From assembly GCA_035387945.1 (NCBI GenBank), contig DAOOOX010000003.1, forward strand, positions 10,851 through 74,850: a stretch of 64,000 nucleotides of DNA, written 5' to 3'. Source of the stretch: Verrucomicrobiia bacterium (GTDB lineage: Bacteria; Verrucomicrobiota; Verrucomicrobiia; JADLBR01). The notes beneath the pieces were generated by a model. It worked only from the letters and a program-made list of their open reading frames with translations. It had not been told where the DNA came from and made no database searches. This document shows positions 21,173 through 33,419 of this stretch, piece after piece. Positions within the stretch are counted from its first letter, which is position 1; each line of letters opens with the position of its first letter. Made by a program: the position numbers and the translations under genes.

Positions 21173-21346
21173 CGACTATCAAACCTTTAAAGACTCCTAG
21201 CCCGAACACGCCCCGGCGCCAGAAAAAGTGCAGGCACCAGACGAGAGTTCCGCCCCCGCGCCGTCCGCCGTGTGGCGGACCATCCCGCCCACCACCAACC
21301 GCCCCGCACCACGCCGCATGCAGGATTGCCTGCGCCACGCCCCGGA

Positions 21347-22534
21347 TCACTGTTCCGAATCCGTGAGATTATCCCTCACGATGATCTGCGCGCCCCCATC
21401 ATACAGGAGCGGCGTTCCGGTGTTGTGATCGAAGATGTTCCCGGTGATGATCCAGCGCGTGCAGCCGGAGCCGAGCACCAGGCTGGAGCGATGTTTGTAG
21501 GCGGTGGCATTCCAGCTGAAAAACTGGTTTCCGGTGAACGTAATCGCCTTGGCGTTGCTCGCGGTCATGGCGGCAAATTCCCCGGGTTTGTCTTGCGAAT
21601 TGGAGTGGAATGTGTTCCCCGCAAAAATGTTGTACCGGCAAATGCCGCCCACCCGCAGCTCGCCCATGACAACCGCAGTCTCACGGCTCTCCTCGAAGCG
21701 GTTGTTCTCCAACCGGTTGAAGCTCGAGCCCCCGGTGATCCGCAGCGCGTTCACGTTGCCCCAGTGATAGTTCATAGAGTATGTCCCCGCCGATGAACGA
21801 TCGAGGACGCACCCCGCACGCGGGGCCGCGCCATGGGTGCCAAACTGATTCCCCACGATGTAAAAGTCGTTGTTGCAGACGCTCGAGAGCCCGGCCTCGC
21901 GATTGCCCAGAAGATGGCAGTCGCGCACCGTGTTCGACGAGATCGGTCGGCCTTCATCGCCCTCGAGGCGCACGCCGTCCACCGGAAACTCGGTGACCTG
22001 GCAGCCCTCCACCTTGCAGGAGCTCGAGTTTCGAAAGACTATGCCAGAGCCGACTTTCGCCGCCTTGTCCCCGCGGATCCACAGATCGCGCACCACGCAA
22101 AAACCCGCGCCCTCAAATCTGATCGCGTCTCCGTCGCCGCGCTTCTTCAGAATGGTGCTCCAGCCGCTGCCAAACAACGCGATCCGATGCGCGCCCTTGA
22201 ATTCGATGGTGCCATCGACGGCATACGATCCGGGTCTCAACCTTATGGCGCCGCCCAGTTTCGAAACCCGCGCGACGGCAGCCTGCAATTCGCCCGCAGT
22301 GGACACTTCCACGAAGGCGGGCCCCGTTTCCGATGCGCCTTCGGCAGCCCACATGGGCGCCAATCCCCAAATGAATACGATAATCGAGACCGCACCGATG
22401 CGCGGCGCTTTGATTCCAGCGCGACTACCGCCATCGGGCCCCGACGTCCCACGCCCGATAGCCCTGCACCTCGAATGAACCGACGTTGCGCACTTCAACG
22501 CCTTGCACGTTGCTCCAACTGGCATGCCGCACAA
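21347..22534 (-). CDS. secreted right-handed parallel beta-helix repeat protein (pectate-lyase-fold)
   Basis: Signal peptide; repeated ~22-aa units rich in G/N/I/V with Asn ladders (VRDNLTDSEQ, IITGNIFDHN, ITFTGNQFFS, CRYNIFAGNTFHSN). Confidence 0.7.
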   Translation of the reverse strand: MCGMPVGATCKALKCATSVHSRCRAIGRGTSGPDGGSRAGIKAPRIGAVSIIVFIWGLAPMWAAEGASETGPAFVEVSTAGELQAAVARVSKLGGAIRLRPGSYAVDGTIEFKGAHRIALFGSGWSTILKKRGDGDAIRFEGAGFCVVRDLWIRGDKAAKVGSGIVFRNSSSCKVEGCQVTEFPVDGVRLEGDEGRPISSNTVRDCHLLGNREAGLSSVCNNDFYIVGNQFGTHGAAPRAGCVLDRSSAGTYSMNYHWGNVNALRITGGSSFNRLENNRFEESRETAVVMGELRVGGICRYNIFAGNTFHSNSQDKPGEFAAMTASNAKAITFTGNQFFSWNATAYKHRSSLVLGSGCTRWIITGNIFDHNTGTPLLYDGGAQIIVRDNLTDSEQ

Positions 22535-22590
22535 GCCGAGAATCGACGTCCCCTAGCCCGGGCTGCATGCCGCGACGGGAGACGCCCCCG

Positions 22591-23391
22591 TCACCGCGCG
22601 CACCCCGCAAGGATCTCGCACGCCCGCAGTACCGCCGCGCGATGCGCGGCCACGCGCCGATCCAGAACGAATCCCGAGGGGGTCTCGAGGGTGTAGACGA
22701 TCGGACAGTGGTTCTCGAATAAGAAGATCGCCTCGGGCCAATCGGGGCGCTCTGCGGCGCGCATCCCCGGGCGGATGATCCCGCCCTCCGCGCGATGGCC
22801 GTCGATTTCGTCCCGCCCGTCCGGCCCGATGTGCGACGCCATCGCCCCGAGCAGCGCCTTCGCCATGCCGATCCGCCCCGCGCGGACAACCTCGTAGATG
22901 TAGCTGCCCTCCGCCTCCCAGTCCTCGTGGAGGCAGATTGCCAGATCGAAATCCCCCTGCCCCGAGAGCGCCACGAGGTGTGCCCTCGCCTCATCGGTCT
23001 GGGGATCACGATAGTCACGATTCAAATCAATACCGACGATGTTCGTCCGCGAACCTGCCACCAGCGCATCGGGCGCCAGCGCCGGAAAAAGCACGGCATC
23101 CAAGCCGCAGAAATCGAAACCCTCCTCCAGTAGGGCGGCCAACGCGATTGGCCCCGCGGGCTCGTCACCGTGTATCCCCGCCGAGATATACAGCCTTCGC
23201 GCCCCATCGGACACAGCCGCCCTCCGGAAGCACAGGATCGGCTGCCCACGCTGCCAGCCGATAATCTCCCGAACAAAACCCCCGCCCCAGCGCTGGGACA
23301 TCACCCGCGCCACCGCAACCGCGCCATCAGCATCGACAGATGACACCGGCTCCACCCACGAGATCGCGCTCTTGCCACCCGGCCCACCCAC
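22591..23391 (-). CDS. succinylglutamate desuccinylase/aspartoacylase (AstE/AspA, M14-like) family zinc hydrolase
   Basis: ISAGIHGDEPAG zinc-binding motif, NRDY, and HED in AICLHEDWEA. Confidence 0.7.
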   Translation of the reverse strand: MGGPGGKSAISWVEPVSSVDADGAVAVARVMSQRWGGGFVREIIGWQRGQPILCFRRAAVSDGARRLYISAGIHGDEPAGPIALAALLEEGFDFCGLDAVLFPALAPDALVAGSRTNIVGIDLNRDYRDPQTDEARAHLVALSGQGDFDLAICLHEDWEAEGSYIYEVVRAGRIGMAKALLGAMASHIGPDGRDEIDGHRAEGGIIRPGMRAAERPDWPEAIFLFENHCPIVYTLETPSGFVLDRRVAAHRAAVLRACEILAGCAR

Positions 23392-23403
23392 AGGGCCACG
23401 TGA

Positions 23404-25939
<2,536 letters not shown>

Positions 25940-25947
<8 letters not shown>

Positions 25948-27094
25948 CCTTTTTGCTCTGCTTGCCTCGGTCCGCCGGACCATCGGGGGGCTCCACGACC
26001 TTCCCCGCATCCGGTTTGCCAAGGCCCTTAAGTCTTTCACGGATCAGGTCAGCGCGCAACCCGTCCCGATCCTCCGTCGAAAGTTTCTTTTCCTCCTTGG
26101 CCTGGAGGTGGGCCGGCTGCATCCAGATCATCAATTCGTCCACCGTCTTTCTCAGCTCCTCCGCCATCATCTCCAGCTCGATGCCCAGCCGAATGACGGA
26201 CAGAAGATTCATCGCCTCCTTGGAGGCGATCGAATAGGTGTTGGTCAGGATGCCGTACGCCCGGCCCACATTGTCCGCCACCATCCGCGGCTTGCGCTCC
26301 ATCAGCGATGCCCGCGCGTTCTGCTCGTGCTCGACGATCTGCCGGATCACCTTGCCCAGCCGCGCCATGATCTCGGCCTCGGATTCGCCCAGCGTCATCT
26401 GGTTGGACACCTGAAAGAGGTTCCCCAGCGCCTCGGTCCCCTCTCCGTAGAGGCCCCTGACCGCGAGGCCCAGCTTGCCCACCGCCTGCACGATCTGATT
26501 GATCTGCTCGCCGAGCACGAGCCCCGGCAGATGCAGCATCGCGGAGGCCCGCATCCCCGTGCCCACGTTCGTCGGGCACGCCGTCAGGTACCCAAAATCC
26601 GAGGAGTATGCGAACGGGATCACTCGCTCCAGCGCATCGTCCATCCCCGTCACCGTCTCCCAGACCGATCCGAGGTCGAACCCCGCAGCAAACGCCTGGA
26701 TCCGCAGATGGTCCTCCTCGTTGACCAGTATGCTCACGCCCCGATCACCGCTTATCGCCACCCCGCTTCCGGGGCCCTTCGCCGCATGCTCCCGGCTCAC
26801 GAGATGCTGCTCCACAAGGAGTTGCTTCTCAATCATGGAGAAGCTCTCCATCCCTTCGATCACCAGCGGTTCCCGCATCGCCGGCAGCGCCCGCACCGGT
26901 GGCATCACCGTCTCGTACACTCTCTGGCGCTCGGCCTTGTCCCCCCAGGTGGGGAACGCGTGCCCCTCCAGGTTGCGCGCCAGGCGCAGCCTGCTGCTCA
27001 TCACCACGCTGGACTCCCCGGATGCCGTGCACATCCAGTCCGGCGTGGAGCCGATCAATCTCGATACGATCATCGCCTTAACTATAGGTTTCAT
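25940..27094 (-). CDS. mcsB: protein-arginine kinase McsB (ATP:guanido phosphotransferase family)
   Basis: Phosphagen-kinase core with CPTNVGTGMRAS, EEDHLRIQ, and LGESEAEIMARL. The 3' end overlaps the clpC start (ATGAATAA). An alternative start lies at 27142. Confidence 0.85.
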
Positions 27095-27171
27095 CCCACC
27101 CCTTTCAAGATCACACGCGCATGCGGATTTCCGGTTGAACATGGCCGCCGCCTCCGCAGAATGCCCCCCTC

Positions 27172-27957
27172 ATGAAATTTGTGGCGGTGGCCAATCAGAA
27201 GGGCGGCGTGGGCAAAACCACCACGGCCGTCAACCTCGCCTCCTGCCTCGCAGAGCGCGGACTGCGGATACTGGTGGTCGACATGGACCCCCAGGCCTCC
27301 GCCACCAGCTCCCTCGGCGTCGCCAAAGAACCCGGGCGCAGCATCTATGGTCCCTTCATCGGCCGCGGCACCGCCCGCGACTGCATCCGCCCCACGCCCT
27401 ACGAGAACCTTGCCCTGATCCCCTCCGAGCAGGATCTCGCGGGCATCGAAAACGAGTTCGCCCACATGGAGGATGGCGCCATCCGCCTCCGATCCGTCCT
27501 CGGCGCCCTCCGCGATATCTGCAATTTCAACTTCATCATCATCGACTGCCCCCCCTCCATCGGCGCCATCATGGTCAACGCCCTCGCGGCCTCCGATTCC
27601 ATCCTCGTGCCGCTTCAGTGCGAATACCTCTCATTGGAGGGCCTCACCCAGATCCTCTCCGTCATCGACCGAATCCGCAACGGCCTCAACCCCGCCCTCC
27701 AGATTGAGGGCGTGCTCATGACGATGTTCGACGCCCGCACCCGACTCGCACAGAATGTCGTCAATGACGTCCGAGCCCACCTCGGTGACCAGGTCTTTGC
27801 CACTGTCATCCCAAGAACCGTCCGCCTTGGCGAGGCCCCGTCCTTCGGCCAACCCATCAATCACTACGACAAATTCAGCGCCGGCACCGCCGCCTATCGC
27901 GCCCTCGCCCTCGAGTTCCTCTCCCGCAACGGCACCAACCCGCCCACCGTGACCTGA
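27172..27957 (+). CDS. parA: ParA/Soj-family partition ATPase (orphan; no parB adjacent)
   Basis: Deviant Walker A NQKGGVGKTTTAVNLA, DMDPQASAT, and Walker B FIIIDCPPS; 261 aa. Confidence 0.9.
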   Translation: MKFVAVANQKGGVGKTTTAVNLASCLAERGLRILVVDMDPQASATSSLGVAKEPGRSIYGPFIGRGTARDCIRPTPYENLALIPSEQDLAGIENEFAHMEDGAIRLRSVLGALRDICNFNFIIIDCPPSIGAIMVNALAASDSILVPLQCEYLSLEGLTQILSVIDRIRNGLNPALQIEGVLMTMFDARTRLAQNVVNDVRAHLGDQVFATVIPRTVRLGEAPSFGQPINHYDKFSAGTAAYRALALEFLSRNGTNPPTVT

Positions 27958-28154
27958 TGCCCACTCTCCCGAATCCTCCCGACAACAACGCCCCCCGTAA
28001 CGCTGTCACCCCACTCTAAGATCCCACGGGCATCAGATTTATTGATCAATCCGTGCTCGGGAGCGTGCCTTTTGGTTTCGCCGACAGTTTTTTTCACAAA
28101 AACGCGACATTCTTCTTGCGCGTTAAGAAGTTGTTCTCATATCGTCCGGATTCG

Positions 28155-29588
28155 ATGACAACTTTCACTTATTCCATTTATCCCTCTGCAAAATCTGATT
28201 ACTCGTCTCATCAGTCCGTTGGCCTCATCCTCGCGTTCACCCTGATCGCGAGCTGCGCCTGGGCCGGCGAAATCGTTTCCGATCGCGTCAAGGAGTTGGA
28301 AAAACTCATCGAGGATCAGGGCATCTACCTCGAGACCGCGAAAACCGGTGTCAAACTCGGTGGCTGGGTGAACGCGAGCTACGCGTATAATCTCAATGGC
28401 GGCGCGACCGACACCGGCATCAACGGCACGCCGATCCCCACCGCGGTGGACATCGAGGACTCCAACGATTTCTCCGTCAATTCCGTCCGAATAATCCTGG
28501 AGAAAGCGCTTCCCGAGGAGAATACGTGGGCCGCGGGATTTCGCGTCGACATGGTCTTCGGCGAAGACCAGAAGTGGGGATTCGACAATGAGCCCGGCAT
28601 GGGTGACGGCTCGTCCGCGCTGGCGCTCGAATTCGCGTACGTCACCTTCCGCGCGCCGGTCGGCAACGGCCTCGATTTCCAGTTTGGCAAGTGGCAGGCG
28701 CTCCTCGGCTACGAGTACACCGACCGGGTGCAGAATGATAATTTCAGCGCCGGTCTTCTCGCGTGGTTCCTGGAACCCGCCACCCACACGGGCGTCCTGA
28801 TGACCTATCCCCTCTCCCAGAGGGTCACGGTCAACCTCGGCATTGCCAACGGCTGGAATAACTCCGACAGCAACTTCTTCGACAACAATGTCAATGGCAA
28901 CGGCGATGACGGCCCCTCCGACTGGGCCAAGCTCGTCACCGGCAGCATCGATATCACGAGCCCGGGCGAGAACGCAGAACTCATCATCGGCGCCGCCTAC
29001 TCTTTCGAGGGCGAGGGCTACTTCGGGAACGTATCCAACGGCACGTTCGACGGCAGCGACACCACCGTGGAGAACGCCGGTTTCCTCGCGCTCAACATGA
29101 ACGCTTCGTGGCGGCCAAAGTGCGCCTCGGACAAGCTGCAGTTCGCCATCAACGCCGACCTGCTCAAGGGATTCGATAACCTCCACCGCACCGCGGGCAA
29201 CCCGCCCTACGACCGCGACGAGAACGCCGCCATGGCCTGGGGCGCCGGCATCTACGCGAAATATCAGCTCACCGACTTCCTCTACCTCGCCACCCGGGCC
29301 GAATACATGCACGCCGACGACGGCACCCTCGGGTTCGCCGACGGCCTGGTCCCCGACGGACCGTCCGCCTCGATCGACCGCAACAATGTCTACGTCAGCA
29401 ACACCGACCTCTGGTCCTACACGCTCACCGCCGGCTTCGACCTCTGCGATGCCATGCGCCTCCGCCTCGAGTACCGGCTCGACGCCGCGTCCAGCGACGG
29501 CGGCCACGACGGCGAGGCCAATATCTTCGATAACAACCAAAGCACCCAGCACTCTTTCTCCCTCGATGTCTCATACATATTCTGGTGA
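28155..29588 (+). CDS. outer-membrane beta-barrel porin-like protein
   Basis: Signal peptide (LILAFTLIASCAWAGE); alternating amphipathic beta-strands rich in G/N/Y/F; C-terminal aromatic residue (SLDVSYIFW). The ORF could start as early as 28053. Confidence 0.6.
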   Translation: MTTFTYSIYPSAKSDYSSHQSVGLILAFTLIASCAWAGEIVSDRVKELEKLIEDQGIYLETAKTGVKLGGWVNASYAYNLNGGATDTGINGTPIPTAVDIEDSNDFSVNSVRIILEKALPEENTWAAGFRVDMVFGEDQKWGFDNEPGMGDGSSALALEFAYVTFRAPVGNGLDFQFGKWQALLGYEYTDRVQNDNFSAGLLAWFLEPATHTGVLMTYPLSQRVTVNLGIANGWNNSDSNFFDNNVNGNGDDGPSDWAKLVTGSIDITSPGENAELIIGAAYSFEGEGYFGNVSNGTFDGSDTTVENAGFLALNMNASWRPKCASDKLQFAINADLLKGFDNLHRTAGNPPYDRDENAAMAWGAGIYAKYQLTDFLYLATRAEYMHADDGTLGFADGLVPDGPSASIDRNNVYVSNTDLWSYTLTAGFDLCDAMRLRLEYRLDAASSDGGHDGEANIFDNNQSTQHSFSLDVSYIFW

Positions 29589-29612
29589 CACTCGCGCCGC
29601 CATCGCGGCGCG

Positions 29613-32204
29613 GTGACACCGCCAAAGAAATCACCCCCGATGAAGCTCAGACCGAAAACAGCCCTCATGGTAGCCGGGACCTTTGCCGTCCTGGTCGCCG
29701 CCCTGTACGTCATCCTCTCACGGACGTTCATCCGAAGTTTCGACGAACTCGAAAGGACGCAGGCCACCGACTCCGTCGGCCGCCTCCAGAGGGCCGTGAA
29801 AGAAAACCTCAACGCCATGCTCGTCCAGTTGACCGACTGGTCGAACTGGGACGATTCCTATCTCTACATCCAGGGCAAGAAGCCCGACTTTGACGCCGCC
29901 AACCTGACCCAGGAGATCCTCGAGAACTCGAGTCTCTCGTTCATGGTCTACGTGGATCTCAAAGGCAAGATCATGCGGGTCCACCACCCCGAGGGCCAGC
30001 CGACCCCAGAATCCTTCCTCAAGCTGGTCCTCCCCGGCTCCAAATTCATCCAGCACGAGGGCGTCGGCCCGCCGCCCTGGCCGACCGGCACGACGCCGCG
30101 AATCGGGGGCTTCGTCGACCTCGGTCCCGACGGCGCCTACCTCGTGGGCGCACAGGCCATGACGGACGCAAAGGCCTCCGTTCAGCCCATGGGCACACTG
30201 ATTTTCGCGAGGAAAATCGACGCCAAGTTGCTCGCCCGATTCTCCGAGATCATGCTGTCCGAAGTAACCTGTGAGTTCCTCTCCTCATCCGCCCTCCCGC
30301 CCAACTTCAAGGAGGCCGCCGACGCCCTGGCCAACGAGACCGCCACGCATGTCGAGATGATCGACGAGCAGAAAATGGCCGGCTACTGCCGCTTCGACGA
30401 CCTTGACCACAGGGCGACCGTCATCTTTCGCATGGCGATGCCAAGGGACGTGCACCAGAAGGGCCAGGCCACCCGACGCATCTTCCTGACCAGCCTGGCC
30501 GCCGCCGGCGTCGTCTCCCTCCTCGTGACCCTGCTGCTGCTCGATGCCAACGTCATCAGCCGACTCCGCCGCCTGAGCCAACAGGCCCTCGCCATCGGCC
30601 GCTCCCGCGACTTCTCCGGCCGCGTCGCCACCCGAGGCACCGACGAGCTGGCCGACCTCGGCGGCTCCGTCAACGAGATGCTCGGGGCCCTCCAGGCCGC
30701 CGAGGGATCCGTCCGCGCCGCCGGCGCCGAGATGGAGCGCATCCTCAACACCGTCACCGACGGCCTCTTCCTCATGGACCGGAGACTCGTCATCGGCTCG
30801 AGGTACTCGAAGGCCCTCGAGACCATCTTCATGCGCGCCGACCTCGCCGGCCTGCCGTTCCGCACCCTCATCGAGAGCGCGCTTCCGCCCAAGACCCTCG
30901 AGGCCACCAGCGACTACATGGCCATCCTCTTCGACCCCAATGTCAAAGAGAAGCTCATCCAGACCCTCAATCCCCTCAAGGAGGCAGAATTCAACTTCCC
31001 GGGCGAGGGTGGCCTCTTCGAGACCCGCCACCTGGACTTCCGCTTCCGCCGCGTGATAGACGGCGGCGCCATCGCCGCGGTCATGGCCTCCGTCACCGAC
31101 ATCACCCGCAGCGTCGCCCTGGCCCGCGACCTCAAGGCCGCCGAGGAGCGCACCAACAGGCAGCTCGAGATGATGCTCAGCATCCTCCACGTCGACATGG
31201 GCATGGTCCGCGAGTTCCTCGCGGGCACCCGTGAGGAACTCACCGTCATCGATGCCATCCTCCGCGAGTCCGTGCCGCAGACCTCCGACGAGAACGCGAT
31301 CTCGGGCCACTACCGCGATCGCCTCCGCCGCATCCAGCGCCTCATGCACGCGATCAAGGGCAATGCCGCACTGCTCAAGCTGCGCTTCTTCGAGAATTCC
31401 GCGCACCTCATCGAGACCCGCCTCAAGAAGCTCGCCGAAAAGACCGCCATCGGCGGCCAGGACTTCCTCGGCATCACCCTGGAACTCGCCACCCTCCACG
31501 ACCACCTGGCCGAGGCCAACGGGGTCATCGGACGCCTCACCGACGCCCGCGCCCCGCGCAACGGATCCACCCCTGGCGTCCCAAGCGCGACCACCCACCC
31601 CATCGTCACCTCCATCGATTCCCTGATCGGCGAACTCGCCCAGCGCACCGGAAAACGCGCCGTCCTCCGCCCCGAGAACTTCGATCCCGAACAGATCCCC
31701 TTCCGGTCCAGGAAGACCGTCACCGACATGCTGGTCCAGCTCACCCGCAATTCCATGCGCCATGGGATCGAGGACCCGGACCTGCGCCTCCAACGCAACA
31801 AGCCCGCCGACGGCCGCATCGACTTGTGGACGTGCTCGGACGAGGACTACTTCATCTTCGGCTTTCGTGATGACGGCAACGGCCTCGACCCAGAACGTCT
31901 CAAGACCACCGCCGCCAGGCTGGGCATCGCATCTCGCGAGCAAACGCGCCACTGGAGCCGCGAGCAGGTCTACCAGCTCATTTTCCACCCCGGCTTCACG
32001 ACCGCCCAGGATGCCACCACCGAGGGCGGCATGGGCGTCGGTCTCGACCTCGTCTGCGACCGCATCAGCGAGCTGAATGGCTCCATCCTCGTCGAATCCG
32101 AGCCCGAATACTATTGCCAGTTCTGGATCTGGATCCCCAAGAAGGAGAGCCTGGTCGCGCGATCCAACCGCATCGATTCCACCCTAACCCCGGCGTACGC
32201 GTGA
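29613..32204 (+). CDS. transmembrane CheA-like histidine kinase: TM-CHASE4-like periplasmic domain-TM-HAMP-PAS-HPt-vestigial P3-HATPase_c (P4); no P5/CheW-like domain
   Basis: TM1 ALMVAGTFAVLVAALYVIL; periplasmic WSNWDDSYLYIQG (CHASE4-like); TM2 IFLTSLAAAGVVSLLVTLLLL; HAMP; PAS-like; HPt with LMHAIKGNAALLKL; CheA P4 signatures MLVQLTRNSMRHGIE, FGFRDDGNGLD, LIFHPGFTTAQDATTEGGMGVGLDLV. The protein ends ~25 aa after P4. Confidence 0.8.
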   Translation: MTPPKKSPPMKLRPKTALMVAGTFAVLVAALYVILSRTFIRSFDELERTQATDSVGRLQRAVKENLNAMLVQLTDWSNWDDSYLYIQGKKPDFDAANLTQEILENSSLSFMVYVDLKGKIMRVHHPEGQPTPESFLKLVLPGSKFIQHEGVGPPPWPTGTTPRIGGFVDLGPDGAYLVGAQAMTDAKASVQPMGTLIFARKIDAKLLARFSEIMLSEVTCEFLSSSALPPNFKEAADALANETATHVEMIDEQKMAGYCRFDDLDHRATVIFRMAMPRDVHQKGQATRRIFLTSLAAAGVVSLLVTLLLLDANVISRLRRLSQQALAIGRSRDFSGRVATRGTDELADLGGSVNEMLGALQAAEGSVRAAGAEMERILNTVTDGLFLMDRRLVIGSRYSKALETIFMRADLAGLPFRTLIESALPPKTLEATSDYMAILFDPNVKEKLIQTLNPLKEAEFNFPGEGGLFETRHLDFRFRRVIDGGAIAAVMASVTDITRSVALARDLKAAEERTNRQLEMMLSILHVDMGMVREFLAGTREELTVIDAILRESVPQTSDENAISGHYRDRLRRIQRLMHAIKGNAALLKLRFFENSAHLIETRLKKLAEKTAIGGQDFLGITLELATLHDHLAEANGVIGRLTDARAPRNGSTPGVPSATTHPIVTSIDSLIGELAQRTGKRAVLRPENFDPEQIPFRSRKTVTDMLVQLTRNSMRHGIEDPDLRLQRNKPADGRIDLWTCSDEDYFIFGFRDDGNGLDPERLKTTAARLGIASREQTRHWSREQVYQLIFHPGFTTAQDATTEGGMGVGLDLVCDRISELNGSILVESEPEYYCQFWIWIPKKESLVARSNRIDSTLTPAYA

Positions 32205-32566
32205 AACTGCTTATCGTAGACGATTCGAGTGTTGTCCGGCGAGCCATCCAGCGCCACATCGACGACGGCCGCGTGAGCGAGATCATCGAGGCCAGGAATG
32301 GCGTCGAGGCGGTCACGATGTTCACGGTGCATCGCCCCGACTTGGTCACGATGGACATCACCATGCCGGAGATGGATGGCATCCGCGCCGTAGAGGAACT
32401 CGTCAAGCTCCGCCCCGACGTCCGCATCCTCATCGTCTCCGCGATGGCCGACAAGCACACCGCCATCCAGGCCGTTCGCAAGGGGGCCAAGGGGTTCCTC
32501 CTGAAGCCATTCAACTCCGTGGAACTCAACGAGGCCCTCGAAGAGATCTTGACCGACGGAATCTGA
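32201..32566 (+). CDS. cheY: CheY-like single-domain response regulator
   Basis: VKLLIVDDSSVVRR...DLVTMDITMPEMDG...ILIVSAM...KGAKGFLLKPF. The GTG start at 32201 overlaps the kinase TGA (gcGTGAaa), indicating translational coupling. The ORF track shows a longer form from 32114. Confidence 0.8.
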   Translation: MKLLIVDDSSVVRRAIQRHIDDGRVSEIIEARNGVEAVTMFTVHRPDLVTMDITMPEMDGIRAVEELVKLRPDVRILIVSAMADKHTAIQAVRKGAKGFLLKPFNSVELNEALEEILTDGI

Positions 32567-32582
32567 CCGGAGCCAGACCTAC

Positions 32583-33032
32583 ATGAACGAGGGTGAAATC
32601 CAGGCTTTTGTCGACATCACCGTCAATTACTTCAACCAGATCGGCGGCGAGCCCGCGCGCGTGGAGCCCCCCTACATGCGCAAGGAGGGCGATTCGCCCA
32701 TCCACGACTTCACCGGCGTCATCGGCATCTCCGGCTCAAGGAAGGGCGCCATCTACTTCACCGCCACGTCCAACCTGCTCACGAACGTGCTCGAGGCCCA
32801 CGGTGAAACCCAGATCAGCCAACCCATGCTGGCCGACATGGTCGGCGAAATCGCTAACACGATCTCGGGCAATGCCCGATTCTACTTCGGGCACGAGTTC
32901 ATGATCTCCGTGCCTGTCGTCCTCCTGGGACGCCCGAGCGACATCCGGCTACCGGAGAACATCCGCAGCTTCGTGATCCCCATCTCGTGGCACGGGTCCA
33001 AGGCACACCTCCTGGTCTGCCTGGAGAACTGA
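32583..33032 (+). CDS. cheX: CheX/CheC-family chemotaxis phosphatase
   Basis: 149 aa; DITVNYFNQIGGEP...DFTGVIGISGSRKGAIYF...MLADMVGEIANTISGNA matches the CheX fold signature. It lies 16 nt after cheY. Confidence 0.75.
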   Translation: MNEGEIQAFVDITVNYFNQIGGEPARVEPPYMRKEGDSPIHDFTGVIGISGSRKGAIYFTATSNLLTNVLEAHGETQISQPMLADMVGEIANTISGNARFYFGHEFMISVPVVLLGRPSDIRLPENIRSFVIPISWHGSKAHLLVCLEN

Positions 33033-33038
33033 CCCCGA

Positions 33039-33395
33039 TCAGGCCCGGAATTCGAGGAATTCCACCGGCGCACCGCCGTCGTCGATAAAGGCCACCCAGA
33101 CCCCCGGAAGCGGCTCGAATGGCTCGACGATGACCTTCCTCCCGCGGATCGCGGCCTTCAGATCGTCCACCTTGAAACCCACGTGCGGCACCGTCTTGAC
33201 CAGCGGGTGCATCGGGCTGCCCGGCTCGAACCGCAGCCACTCGATCCCGTGCTCCTGCTTGCTGGCATCCGTGATCCAGATCTTCATCGACTGCAGATAG
33301 ATTTCATTCTCGTGCTTCGCCGCCGTCGGAATCCCGATGTGATGGTACGTCCTCGTCATGACCCCCATTGTCCCCGGCCCACCCCGAGTGGTCAA
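33039..33395 (-). CDS. VOC/glyoxalase-family small protein
   Basis: YHHIGIPT...VAFIDDGGAPVEFLEF pattern of a glyoxalase/bleomycin-resistance fold. The probable start is MTRTYHH at ~33359. Confidence 0.6.
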   Translation of the reverse strand: MTTRGGPGTMGVMTRTYHHIGIPTAAKHENEIYLQSMKIWITDASKQEHGIEWLRFEPGSPMHPLVKTVPHVGFKVDDLKAAIRGRKVIVEPFEPLPGVWVAFIDDGGAPVEFLEFRA

Positions 33396-33419
33396 CTCGG
33401 GATGGTGCGGGTCCGGCCG

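Noticed and set aside
27094-27142. N-terminal 16-codon extension of mcsB (MFNRKSACACDLERGG) as a possible McsA-like zinc-finger remnant
   Set aside because: It has only three Cys with no CxxC pairs or UVR motif, and is too short for an McsA domain. I used MKPIV as the more likely start.
28083-28130. Hairpin cttctt-gcgcgtt-aagaag and T-rich tract upstream of the porin gene, considered as a regulatory element
   Set aside because: The stem is short (6 bp), AT-rich and single-copy, and I cannot distinguish it from incidental promoter-region sequence.
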